Part shown: positions 1 through 11,092 of the stretch, piece after piece
Position numbering within the stretch: position 1 is the first letter of the stretch
Layout: each line of letters begins with the position of its first letter
Assembly: GCF_030684315.1 (NCBI RefSeq)
Contig: NC_081391.1
Location: 14,299,342-14,363,341 of the forward strand
Direction of reading: 5' to 3'
DNA: 64,000 bases
Origin: Stegostoma tigrinum
Taxonomy: Eukaryota
Translations under genes and position numbers: made by a program
Notes under the pieces: generated by a model
The model's input: the letters and a program-made list of their open reading frames with translations, nothing else
What the model was told of the DNA's origin: nothing
Database searches by the model: none

Positions 1-119
1 TTTTCAATCGGCTACAAATCTGTGATTCAAAACCGACAGAATTCAGCAAATCTGTGATGAGCGTGTCTTAACACATAACCTCAGATACAAAGGTAAAGGT
101 TCAGAGTCTATTTTATTCT

Positions 120-350
120 CATTTTCAGGGAGATGTACTTCCAGAATTTGTACTTATGCTGGAGGTCAAAGGTCATTCCGCAATTCCATCATCGACCAGT
201 TGTCAATTCTGATCATTTTCTGGATCCAATTCCCATCCTGCACTGATTGGACGTGGCAGCTGATCAACTGATTAACAAGAGTGATTGGCCATCACTGATG
301 ATGTCATTTCCTGCTTCATAAAATGATGGTCTGCATTGGGGTATAAATAA
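120..350 (+). promoter_or_regulatory. Proximal promoter of ferritin copy 1
   Basis: DR1 AGGTCAAAGGTCA 163-175, two inverted CCAAT boxes (GATTGG), TGATGTCA, TTCCTG, TATAAATA 342-349; the same block precedes every copy. Confidence 0.75.
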
Positions 351-436
351 TGTCCTAAGAGAGTGATGTTTTAGGTGTAGTTGGTTTTCTTTCCAAGTTT
401 GTTGTGCTGGGTTAGGAAAGCTGTTTGTGTCACAAG

Positions 437-3400
437 ATGGCCTCCCAGATCAGTCAGAACTATCACCAGGATTGTGAAGCTGCTGTCAACAAGCAGATTA
501 ATGTGGAGCTCACTGCCTCCTATCTCTATCAGTCTTTGGTGAGTGCTGTCCCTGTGGTGTTGAAGTTAAATCTGTTATGGTTAAGTCAACAGTTTTTCTT
601 GTTTGTAACTAACTTGGAACTACTGTAGATAGTGTTTTATATTTCCCTTCTATTTAAACACCAGGAGAAATCTAATGCTATTAGAAAAATGCGGTATGAC
701 ACTGATATACAGTAACTAGGCCCCTGTTGACTTTCAGTGACTGTCTGGTGGGTGAAGTGCTTTGAGAAATACATCTTGTAATTCACTGTCAGGATTGTGA
801 CTGGCAGTAACTGTCACTATCTCTGAAGATTATCATAACTTGACAGTATGTTAGAAAGAGGATAACGGAGTGTGGGGCTGGATGACCACAGCAGGACAAG
901 CAGCATCTCAGGAGCATAAAAGCTGATGTTTTGTGCCTGGACCCTTCATGCTGCTTGGCCTGCTGTGTTCATCCTGCCTGATGCTTTGTTTTCTTGGATT
1001 CTCCAGCTTTTGCTGTTCCCATTATTTGAGTCTTTTAGAAAGAAGCTGGGATAACCATTAGTTCATTAGCCTCCTGTTGTAATGTGTCCTGGTGTATCTG
1101 TTTTGTCTTGTGATGCATGTGAACAAACCAGGGTTATATTTCCTGTTGGAGAAAGGTGTCATAGTGACTGTCCAGAATAACCAAATCTGATTTGCCTCAG
1201 CCTTCAGGGTTGGGCTGTGACTCCCTACCTGTTTAAATAGGTTTCCAGTGAGGCCTGTTGGGCTTTTTGCTCTCCATGAGGTGGGTGTGACCCATTCTCT
1301 CTCAACCTACAGACAATTGATCTGCTGTAGTGTGATATATTGGAGACTCCTGGGTCTGCAGGAATGTGTTGAGCCAGTGAAGCAAGGCTTTTCCCATACC
1401 ACCTCTCCTGGTCTGAAACAAGCCCCCTTTCACCAGCTGGTGGTGTGCCTGTGCCCTTCCAAGGGGGAGAATATGTTTGGAAGGTGAGAGCTGCAGCGGA
1501 CCTAGTAGATAATGGACCCTGAAAGGAGGTGGTGAATGCAGTCCCCATGAAGTGGGTTGCTCTGTCCTGGATGGTGTCTGCTTCTTGCATGTTGTAGCTC
1601 CACTTCTCCAGACACATGGAGAATATTCATCACTCACTGGGCTTGTGCCTGTTGGAAGGAAGTCGTTTCCAATGACATGAGGATCAAGTCCCTGTAAGCC
1701 CACTTTGTGAGATGGGAACAGCTTTTCCTGCTGAACTAGGTGGGTTTTAATCACTGGCCAGTGTGCCTACTCAACAAGAATTGTGCTCATATAAAATCCT
1801 CACTGTTCTTCACATGTCACATCATGTAACAACCCAGTTAAATCACACTGTAATCCACCAAGGCAAATCGTCAAGAGCAACTTCTCACCAGGTTTCTTCC
1901 CTCAGAACAATCCTCATCTGCTTTATGAAGCAGCCTAAAGTGTTCACTGTTATTCCAGCTTGTTGTTCAAGTGTGAATGTCAGATTAGAATGAGTGCAAG
2001 GGGTGGGTCAGGTCTAGAATTTGACCTGTACAAATGGGTCAAATCAGGTTTTCCAGCTTCATGTTAACGAGTGACATGATCTGCAGAACAATAGTTCATC
2101 TCAAGGTCTCTCTGACCTTGCTTCAGTTTGTTTTAAGCAGTGATGTTTGTATGCAAGCTTCTGAATGTGAGTGTGCTACATAAATGGGTGTAGTAGCCTA
2201 TTGCAGTAACAACCGAATGGCTGTCACTGGGCAGGATTTCCTTTGCAGAATCTTGGTTCCACTTTTGCTCTTTCTCCCCCCATAATGCCAACAGCATCTC
2301 TTGCAGAGCTATCATCCAATCCGATTGATCTCCAGGTTGTAGAAGACTCGCTCCCTCCTGGCTATATTATTACAGCAGTGCCTAGTGTCTGTATGTTACT
2401 TTACCCCCAAAGGAGAAATGTAGTGTCGTGCAGCTACCCCACCCTGAGTCCATCCTGCACATCAACTCCTGGCCATTCCTCCAATTCTGTGACATCCATC
2501 AGTGGAAACATGAATTCAGCTTTTCTCAGCATACGCTGTGCCAGACCACCCCCCACCCTGAACAATTTGATAGTGCTTTCAAACCCAAACAGGGTATCTG
2601 CAGGAAGCTGGGTTTGTCTAGATTGACCCAGTTAACAGATCTGCCGGCAAATTGAACCACACTAGGTTCACAGGCCAATTTTGTGTAGCCGCACTTTGAC
2701 AGCTGGCCGAACCTTCAGTTTGCTTTTGAAGGATAAACCAGGTCTGCAGTTCTGAACTATATTCAGGCCCAGTGGTACATTTTAATGGGCTTTAACTTGT
2801 TCCCTCTCCCTTCCAGATGTCCTACTTTGACCGGGATGATGTTGCCCTCCCTCGTTTCTCCCGGTTCTTCAAAGATCAGTCCCAGCAGAAGCGGGAACAT
2901 GCAGAGAAGCTGCTGAAATTCCAGAATCAGCGTGGAGGCAGAGTCCTCCTCCAGGATGTGAAGGTTGGAGTTGGGAAGAGATGGTTGGGTAGGGTGAGGT
3001 TTCAAGTCAATGACCAGCATGTCTCACACTGAAAAGTGAGACATGCTACCATTTTGGCTTCCCAGTTTCTCCTGAAATACCAGAAATCCCACAAACAAGC
3101 CCTTTGGCCCACCATGTCTATGCTGACCCAACAAACACCCAACCACATTAATCCCATCAACCTGCACTTGGACTGCAGCCCACGATGAGCTGGCATTAAG
3201 TAGTTGTCCAGATGTTGCTGGAGTAGATGCCTTCACTCGGGTGTTGCATTTCACAAACCTACTTCTGTGTTTTAGGAGGAGTTGGAGGTGGTGGGTTTCC
3301 TCCGACCTGGAGCCTCACCTGCACCCCCCTCCAGTGTTTATCCTGTCCCTGTGATTGTGGTTCTGGTCACCACACTGGCCAGGTCAAAGATGGAAGACAA

Positions 3401-4847
3401 TGCTGCCTAGTTTCTGACCAGACTTGGGCCACCCAATAGGGACAGGCATCATGTAGGCCAACTTCACCCTCTGGTTGACCTTTGCTGATCCTTGAGAGGC
3501 CAAAGGTCTTGGGCACTTTGGTATCTCTGCTCCTTGCCATTAAAAACCCTGCTGTCCCTTGAATGAATCCAACAGTGATGTTTCTGATCCTGCTGCTCAG
3601 ACAGATATGAAACAAATGGCACAGGTGGGACTTCAACCTGGGCCCTTGTGTACCAGACACAGGGACAGTACCACAGCACCAAGAGCCCTTGGGATTAGGC
3701 TGTGCATGTCCTGATCTAAACTCCAGCAGATGGACACTGGTGTAATCCACACCAGGGTGCAAATTAAATCCTTATCCCCATGATGACATGGTCCTGGACT
3801 TCCTCATTCAGATCAAGGATAAATGGGGCAAGGTGAAAGCAGTTCCCAAGTAACTTTGATCTTCATGTGGACCTCAGGGATGGCACAGTGGCTCAGTGAT
3901 CAGCACTGCTGCCTCAGTGCCAGGGACCCAGGTTTGGTTCTGGCCTTGGGTGAATGATTAGAATTCACATTTCTCCCTGCATGGGTTTCCTCCCACAGTC
4001 CAATGATGTGCTGGTTAGGAGGATAGGTCATGGGAAGTGAGGGGTTGCAGAATTGGGTGGGAGTCTTTTCAGGGGGTATTGATGGTCTGAATGGCCTGCT
4101 CCCATGCTGCAGGGATTCTGTTTCTGAAGATTAACTGTACTTCTTTCTATCCTCAGAAGCCAGAGAGAGATGAGTGGGGTAACAGCCTGCAGGCAATGCA
4201 GGTTGCCCTGGATCTGGAGAAGAATGTGAACCAGAGTTTGCTGGATCTACACCAACTCGCCACAGCCCAGACTGACCCTCATGTAAGCTTCACCTCCTCC
4301 TCATTCTCATCACTGCTGGACCCTCAGGGCAACACTTCATTGGTTGGTCTTTGTGGTTTGGAAATTCACTGCTGAAACAGTTTTTGTCTGGATATGACAT
4401 TGCTATCACTGTATTCACTCCAGGTACAATGTCACAACTGCTCAGCAATGAGTGACATGGGGAATTTGGGTTATAATCTAGTGGGAGTGCTGAAGTGATA
4501 TTGGCCACTGAATTCCCATTCGGGGCCACTCGAGTTGAAATACTAGTGTCCTCACTGGCACAAATTCTCCAGCTATCGGCTGCACTTTGAGGACTGTCTG
4601 GAGTTAGTTATGGCTGAGTCTCTTGCAGTGGGAATTCTGAAATTGTCCTGTGCCATGTTAATGCACAAGTTGTCATGGTCCTCTGTTGCAGCTGTGTGAC
4701 TTCCTGGAGACCCACTATTTGGATGAGGAGGTGGAGATCATCAAGCAACTTGGGGACTACATCACCAACCTGAAGCGCCTGGGAGCCCCTGAGAATGGGA
4801 TGGGAGAGTACCTGTTTGACAGGCTCTCCCTGGAGGACAGCAGTTAG
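437..4847 (+). CDS. Ferritin heavy/middle-subunit-like gene, copy 1 (intact, 176 aa)
   Basis: Exons 437-538, 2817-2963, 4157-4282, 4692-4847 with GT-AG phase-0 introns. Translation [45 protein letters not shown]...[20 protein letters not shown].../KPERDEWGN...[14 protein letters not shown]...[14 protein letters not shown] matches vertebrate ferritin motifs and exon structure. AATAAA at 4975-4980. Confidence 0.96.
861..1026. mobile_element. Penelope-derived fold-back (inverted terminal fragment) repeat in copy 1 intron 1
   Basis: Inverted arms GCTGGATGA..CACAGCAGG..AAGCAGCA / TGCTGCTTGGCCTGCTGTGTTCATCC; same family as 38368-38510 and 44510-44656. Confidence 0.6.
3878..4125 (+). mobile_element. 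HE1-like tRNA-derived SINE ending just before exon 3 of copy 1
   Basis: GGCACAGTGGCTCAGTG A-box-like head, GGTTC B-box-like region, CR1-like tail GAATGGCCTG...GGATTCT; orthologous copies at about 14850-15105, 30848-30921 (remnant) and 40715-40966. Confidence 0.75.
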
Positions 4848-6453
4848 TGTGGCCTGGAGTACTGTCTGCTTGGTCTGAATGCATTCCCCACTTCACCCTG
4901 GACAACCTGTCTCCTTCCAGGGAGAAGGGACTTGGAGCAAAGAATGTAATGGCTGTACCAGCTGAATGAAAATGAATAAAATCATGTGTTGATCTTGCTT
5001 ATTGCCCATCATTCAGAGCCCTGTATAATTTTGGTAGTTATCCTGAGAGATTCAAGCATTAATTTTTCTGCAGTTTGATTTTGCTGATCAAATTACTAAT
5101 TGGGCTAAACATCTCATTGGTTCTATCCTCCATCCCACTCCGTCCTCTGTCAGACAGGGATTACAAGAGGAGGTTGCTCTGGCCTGTGAATCAATGATAT
5201 TCCTCCAAGCAGAACTTGAGGATATTGGGGTTTTGTCGGGTGGAACTTGCTCTTTGCAGTTGTGTTTTTATAAAATTACGTTTCTGGATGTGATGCATAC
5301 AATGGGAGGGGGGGAAAATCTTCCCTTTTACGGGAAGGGAGTTCTCCTGCTCTATACAAGGGAAGACGAGACACCCAGTCTCATGAATATCTGACAACCC
5401 TGTTTCCACGTTCACCTAGTCTGTCAAAGAGCTTTGCTTTTTCCCCCCTCCCCCACATGCAAAGATTTATTGCTGATGTGAAAGGAAAATGCCAATTTGA
5501 AGACAAAGCTAAGTGAGCTGGTACTGCAATAGTTGCTGTTACTGTAGGCCTAACCATGGAGGTGGTGGGATGAGCTCATTGGGCAACAATGCCATCTTTC
5601 TTGGGCAGGGGAGAATACAATGACAGTAAATTGTCCTGGCGCTGTTAGGATTCACCTATAGATGCAGCTTCAGGCAGAGCTAAGGGTCAAACCAGCCCTG
5701 GGACATGCACTATTGGTTGTGGGTTTTCCCCTTTTTTTTTTTCCTTCCACACTCACCCACTAGAGCCTCCCTGATCCTGCCATTAGCAATTGGGCAGGTT
5801 CGCCAGCTCATGCCTCCTTCGTCTGAGATAAATATGCTGGTCCTACTGGTCGCTTTGATTCAGTACCCACTGGAATCAGGGAGTCAATTCCCCCATCGGG
5901 CCATGTTTCCCAGAAGCAACCCAAAGTTGTCCTGATGTGGCTTATTCATTCCTGTTTTCTTTGCCTGTTTATAGGATTCACTCCAACAACCAGCCACTTC
6001 AGAATCAGCACATTGTCTCATTGCCACCTACACCAGGAGAGGAGTGGCCTGGGAGTAACTCAGCAACGCTCATCGTTACATGCTGCTGTTTGATTGGCTC
6101 TTGCTGCGAAAGCCAGCACTAAGTGCACTCAGCTGCTCCCTACGTTCCTCTGAGCTTCCCCCTGTTCTGCAGGTTGCCTTCTCCCAGTGATGGAGAACGA
6201 GCAGCGATTTCTGTTCAACTTGGGAATGGTGTGACTTAGGGGAGGTAACCTGGACCTGCATACCATCCTGTACGGCTGTTTACTTCAGCATTTGAGCTGT
6301 CAGTGACGTTCTGGGGATTACCACTGCGTTTTGCAGCTCCTGTGCAATACAGCCTATGTAGGGGGCATGGTTCTTATGTGACTCAACATATCTGTTACAT
6401 GACAGAAATCCTTTTTATTTTGACCAATCTTCATTCTTGGCGATGGTGTCCCT

Positions 6454-8936
6454 CGTAGACCATAAGACATAGGAGTGGAAGTAAGGCCGTACAGCCCATC
6501 AAGACCACTTCCCCATTTAAATCATGGCTGATGGGCATTTCAACTCCACTTCCCTGCACTCTTCCCCCTAGCCCATGATTCCTTATGAGATCAAGAATTT
6601 GTCGATCTCTGCCTTGAACGCATCCAACGTCCCGGCCTCCGCTGCACTCTGTGGCAATGAATTCCACAAGCGAACCACTCTCTGGCTGAAGAAATGTCAT
6701 CTCATTTCGGTTTTAAATTGACCCCCTCTAATTTTAAGGCTGTGCCCACGGGTCGTAGTCTCCCCGCCTCACGGAAACAACTTCCGAGCGACCACTTGTA
6801 AACCATACATTATCTTATAAGTTTCTATTAGATTTCCCCCTCAAACTTCTAAACTCAAATGAGTACAGGATCCTTAGCCGTCCATCATACATTAAACTTA
6901 ATATTCCTAGGGATCATCTGTCTGAATCTCCACTGGACACGCTCCAGGGCTAGTATGTCCTTCCTGAGGTGTGGGGCCCAAAATTGGACACAGTACTCTA
7001 AATGGGGCCTAACTAGAGCTTTATAAAGCCTCAGAAGCCCTTCACTGTTTTTATATTCCAACCCTCGAGAGAAATGACAACATTACATTCACTTTGTTAA
7101 TTACGGACTCTACCTGCAAGTTAACCTTCAGAGAATCCAGCACCAACACTCCCCGATCCCTTTGTACCTCTGCTTTGCGAATTTTCTCACCATTTAGAAA
7201 ATAGTCCATGCCTGTATTCTTTTTATTCTAAAGTGCAAAACCTCACCTTTACTCACATTGAATTTCATCAGCCACTTCCTGGACCGCTCTCAAACTGTCG
7301 AAATCTTTCTGCAGCTTCCCCACCTCCTCAGACTACCTGCTATTCCACCTATCTTCGTATCATCGGCAAACTTCGCCAGAATGCCCCCAGTCCCTTCATC
7401 CAGATCATTAATATACAAGGTGAACAGTTGCGGCCCCAACACTCAACCCTGCGGGACACCACTCGTCACCGGTGGCCGTTCCGAAAAAGAGCCTTTTATC
7501 CCAACTCTCTGCCTTCTGTCAGACAGCCAACCATCAATCCAAGCCAGTAGCTCACCTCGAACACCATGGGCCCTCACCTTGCTCAGCAGCCTCCCGTGAG
7601 GCACTGTATCAAAGGCCTTTTCAAAGTCTACACAGATAACATCTACTGGGTTTCCCTGGTCTAACATACTTGTTACCTCTTCAAAGAATTCTAACAGGTT
7701 TGTCAGGCACGACCTCTCCTTACTAAATCCATGCTGACTTGTCCTAATCTGACCTTGCACTTCCAGGAATTTAGAAATCTCATCGTTGACAATGGATTCT
7801 AGAATTTTACCAACTACCGAGGTTAGGCTAATCGGCCGAAAATTTTCCATCTTTTGCCTTGATCCTTTCTCAAACAAGGGGGTCACAACAGCAATTTTCC
7901 AATCACCTTGGACTTTCCCCTGACTCCAGTGCCTTTTGAAAGATCACGACCAAAGTCTCCACTATTTCCTCAGCCACCTCCCTCAGAACTCTAGGATGTA
8001 GCCCATCGGGGCCAGGAGATTTATCAATTTTTAGACCTTTTAGCTTTTCTAGCACTTTCTCTTTTGTAATGCCTACCATACTCAACTCTGCCCCCTGACT
8101 CTCCCTAATTGTTGGCATACTACTCATGTCTTCCACTGTGAAGACTGACGCAAAGTACTTATTAAGTTCTTCAGCTATTTCCTTATCTCCCATCACTAGC
8201 TTCCAGCATCATTTAGGAGCGGCCCAATGTCTACTTTTGCCTCTCGTTTGTTTCTTATGTATTGAAAGAAGCTTTTACTATCATTTCTAATATTACTAGC
8301 TAGCCTACCTTCATATTTCATCCTCTCCTTCCTTCTTGCTCTCTTTGTTATCCTCCGTCTGTTTTTGGAGCCTTCCCAATCTCCTGATTTCCCAGTGCTC
8401 TTGGCCACTTTATGGGCTGTCTCTTTTTCTTTGATATATTTCCTGACTTCCTTTGTCAGCCATGGCTGTCTAATCCCACCCCGGATAATCTTTCTTTTCT
8501 TTGGGATGAACCTCTGTACTGTGTCCTCAATTATACCCAGAAACTCCTGCCATTGTTGCTCTGCTGTCTTCCCCGCTCGGCTCTGCTTCCAGTCGATTTT
8601 CGTCAATTCCTCTCTCATGCCCCTGTAATTACCTTTATTTAACTGTTACACCATTACATCCGATTTTGCCTTCTCTCTTTCAAACTGCAGACTGAACTCG
8701 ACCATATTATGATCGCTGCCTTCTAAGTGTTCCCTTACTTTAAGGTCTTTTACAAAGTCTGGCTCATCACATAACACTAAGTCCATAATAGACTGCTCCC
8801 ATGTGGGCTCCATCACAAGCTGTTCCAAAAAGCCATCCTGCAGACACTCCATGAAGACCCTTTCTTTGGGTCCACTGGCAACATTATTCACCCAGTCCAC
8901 CTGCATATTGAAGTCCCCCTGATCACCGTGACGTTG
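6454..8936 (-). mobile_element. CR1/HER1-type LINE, 5'-truncated, frameshifted ORF2
   Basis: ORF pieces with FRPISLTSVVGK, QHGF, SCLTNLLEFFEEV, GVPQG and endonuclease SDH motifs; CATAAGAC-type tail at the left end; absent at the paralogous site near 17280. Confidence 0.93.
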
Positions 8937-8949
8937 CCTGTTGTCCAGG

Positions 8950-9250
8950 ATGAGGCCATTTGGCCCGTGGAGGATTGAATCTCTTCACCCCATCCTGTTC
9001 AGACCCACCCCATTCCCTTAACGCTGTGTTTCCCATGGCTAATCCAGCTCGCCACTTGTCACTGTCAGCAATTTAGCACTGCCTATCCACTTAACCTGCA
9101 AATCGTTGCACTGTGGGAGAAAACAAGAACATGGGAGACATGGGAAGAATATGCAAGCTCCAGACAGACAGTTCCTGAAGGCTGTAATGGAACACAGGTC
9201 TCTGGCGCTGGGAGGTAACCGTGCGAACCACTGAGCTACCATCACACCCT
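8950..9250 (-). mobile_element. HE1-like SINE in the inter-gene spacer
   Basis: Reverse complement of the tRNA-like head (AACCACTGAGCTACC) and body; paralogous copies at about 17295-17590, 25548-25865, 33490-33760, 43445-43720 and 53140-53428. Confidence 0.7.
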
Positions 9251-9284
9251 AATGTACCAAACAAAGGAATATGCTGATGCATTC

Positions 9285-9600
9285 TATGAGAGTCATTGAG
9301 TCATACAGCCTGAAAACAGACCCTTCAGCCCAACCTGTCCATGCCGACCACGTTTCCGTAACTGAATGAGTCCCACTTGCCCACGTTTGGCCCATATCCC
9401 TCGAAACTATTCCTATAAATGTAAATCTCTAAATGTCTCTTCAACGTTGTAATTGTACCCACTTCTACCACTTCCTCTGGCAGCTTATTCCATATACACA
9501 TCAACCTATCAGCGAAAAAGTTGTCCCTCAACAAGTTCTCCTTTTCGAATCTTTCCCCTCTCCCCTCAAACCGATGCCCTCTAGTTTTGGACTCCCCTAC
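9285..9600 (-). mobile_element. CR1 LINE 3' fragment duplicated with each array unit
   Basis: Minus-strand translation WNKLPEEVVEVGTITTLKRHL, a typical CR1 ORF2 C-terminus, plus 3' tail; paralogs at about 17625-18350, 25920-26210, 33797-34080, 43755-44040 and 53465-53775. Confidence 0.8.
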
Positions 9601-10177
9601 CCTGTCCCAGCATGCCTTTTATATAAAGTCAATCTTGAGTGTGCCAATGGCAAGGCTACATTTAGTGCTCAGCAACTGTTACACTTCAGGAGGTGGTGAT
9701 GAGCTGCTTATTACTGTCCACCTGGTGTAGCAGAGCCCGGAATGATGCTGCTGCCGCTGCTGAGGAGGGGCATCTGGGATGTTCATTCACAAACAGGGAT
9801 AGTGTTCCAAGTCAGGATGGTGACAGATTTACATGGAGCTGCTTGAGTGTCGTTGAGGCTGTCTTGAGCCAGAACATTGTAAAGTCATCCATCACACTTC
9901 CTAACTTCAGTCTTGTTGATGGTGGACAGGCTTTGGAAAGTCAGGAGTTGATTGATTCACAAAAGAATTCCCAGCCTCTTCCCACATTCTGAGCTGTTTG
10001 TTCTACAGGGTGCAATATAAACAGGACCAGAACCTCCCGTTTAGAAACACGCTGCAGTTAAGCGCTTGTTGTCCTCGGAGCAGGTAAAAGCTGAACACAG
10101 AAATAGAAATATTGAATGTGCGATATATTTCCAGCACCTGATACCTCAGCAGTTTAGCTGGCAAAATCAGCCCATTT

Positions 10178-10305
10178 CTGAAGAAGGGTCCCAACCCGAA
10201 AAGTCAGCCTTCCTGCTCCTCTGAAGCTGCCCAGCCTGCTGTTGCCCTCCAGCTCCACGCTGTCTTATCTCTGACTCCAGCGTTGACAGTTCTTACTACC
10301 TCTGA
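10178..10305 (+). mobile_element. Penelope-derived terminal fragment with degenerate hammerhead motif
   Basis: CTGAAGA-AGGGTCCCAACCC-GAAA-AGTC; paralogs at 34675 and, as an inverted pair, at 26604-26845. Confidence 0.55.
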
Positions 10306-10764
10306 GGGAGTTAAGTGCTCGTCATTCTTGAACTGACTAAAAACTGAACACTGAGATAAAAATGCTGAACATGGAATATATTTCTAGCGGCTGTCACCTG
10401 GGCTTTTTGGGTATAGACCCTGAGGCCTACTCCCACACAGCACATTTTCGAATTTGATTTTCAAACTGGACTTACTACGATCCAAAGTCAACGAGGTCCT
10501 GGCAGATTCTGAATGGATCCATAGCCTGTAGGTACCTGTATTAAATGACCCAAAAGCACATGAATTCTGTTGCTGCACACCAACAGGAAAATGTTTGCTG
10601 TCAACAAAATCTTGCCACTTTTCAATGGGCTCCAACACCGTCGTTCAAAAGGTACAAAGACAAACCCCTCAGAGTAACAAACTGACAGAATTCAGCAAAT
10701 CTGTGATGAGCGAGTCTTAACACATAACCTCAGATACAGAAGTTTCAGAGTATGTTTTTTGCCA

Positions 10765-10995
10765 TTTTCAGGGAGATGTCCTTCCAGAATTTGCACTTGT
10801 GCAGGAGGTCAAAGGCCATTCAGCAATTCCATCATCGACCAGGTGTCAATTCTGATCAGTTTCTGGATCCAATTCCCATCCTGCACTGATTGGATGTGGC
10901 AACTGATCAATTGATGAACAAGAGTGATTGGCCATCACTGATGATGTCATTTCCTGCTCAATAAAATGAGGACATTCAAGTGAGGTATAAATAGT
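10765..10995 (+). promoter_or_regulatory. Proximal promoter of copy 2
   Basis: DR1-like 10806-10818, CCAAT boxes, TATAAATA 10986-10993. Confidence 0.72.
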
Positions 10996-11092
10996 GTCTC
11001 CACGCGACTGATGTTTTTGGTGTAGTTGGTTTTCTTTCTAAGTTTGTTCTTTGTTTGTGAGGAAAAAGGAAAGCCCCTTTTCTCCTCATAAA

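Noticed and set aside
110-135. Conserved TTTTCAG|G resembling a splice acceptor in the promoters
   Set aside because: No matching donor, upstream exon or open frame found; TATA and CCAAT boxes downstream explain the region as a promoter.
307-318. TTTCCTGCTTCA matches the 5' arm of the ferritin H IRE
   Set aside because: No CAGTG loop or 3' arm follows, and it lies upstream of the TATA box; better read as an ETS-like promoter site or chance.
1225-1754. 130-150 aa minus-strand ORFs in intron 1 (also 11670-12074 and 36205-36600)
   Set aside because: Frames are not preserved between paralogs; they look like decayed LINE sequence.
9696-9763. Possible C/D box snoRNA (GTGATGA...ATGATG...CTGA)
   Set aside because: No terminal stem, intergenic position, the D-adjacent region is a variable (GCT)n run, and the C box is mutated in one copy.
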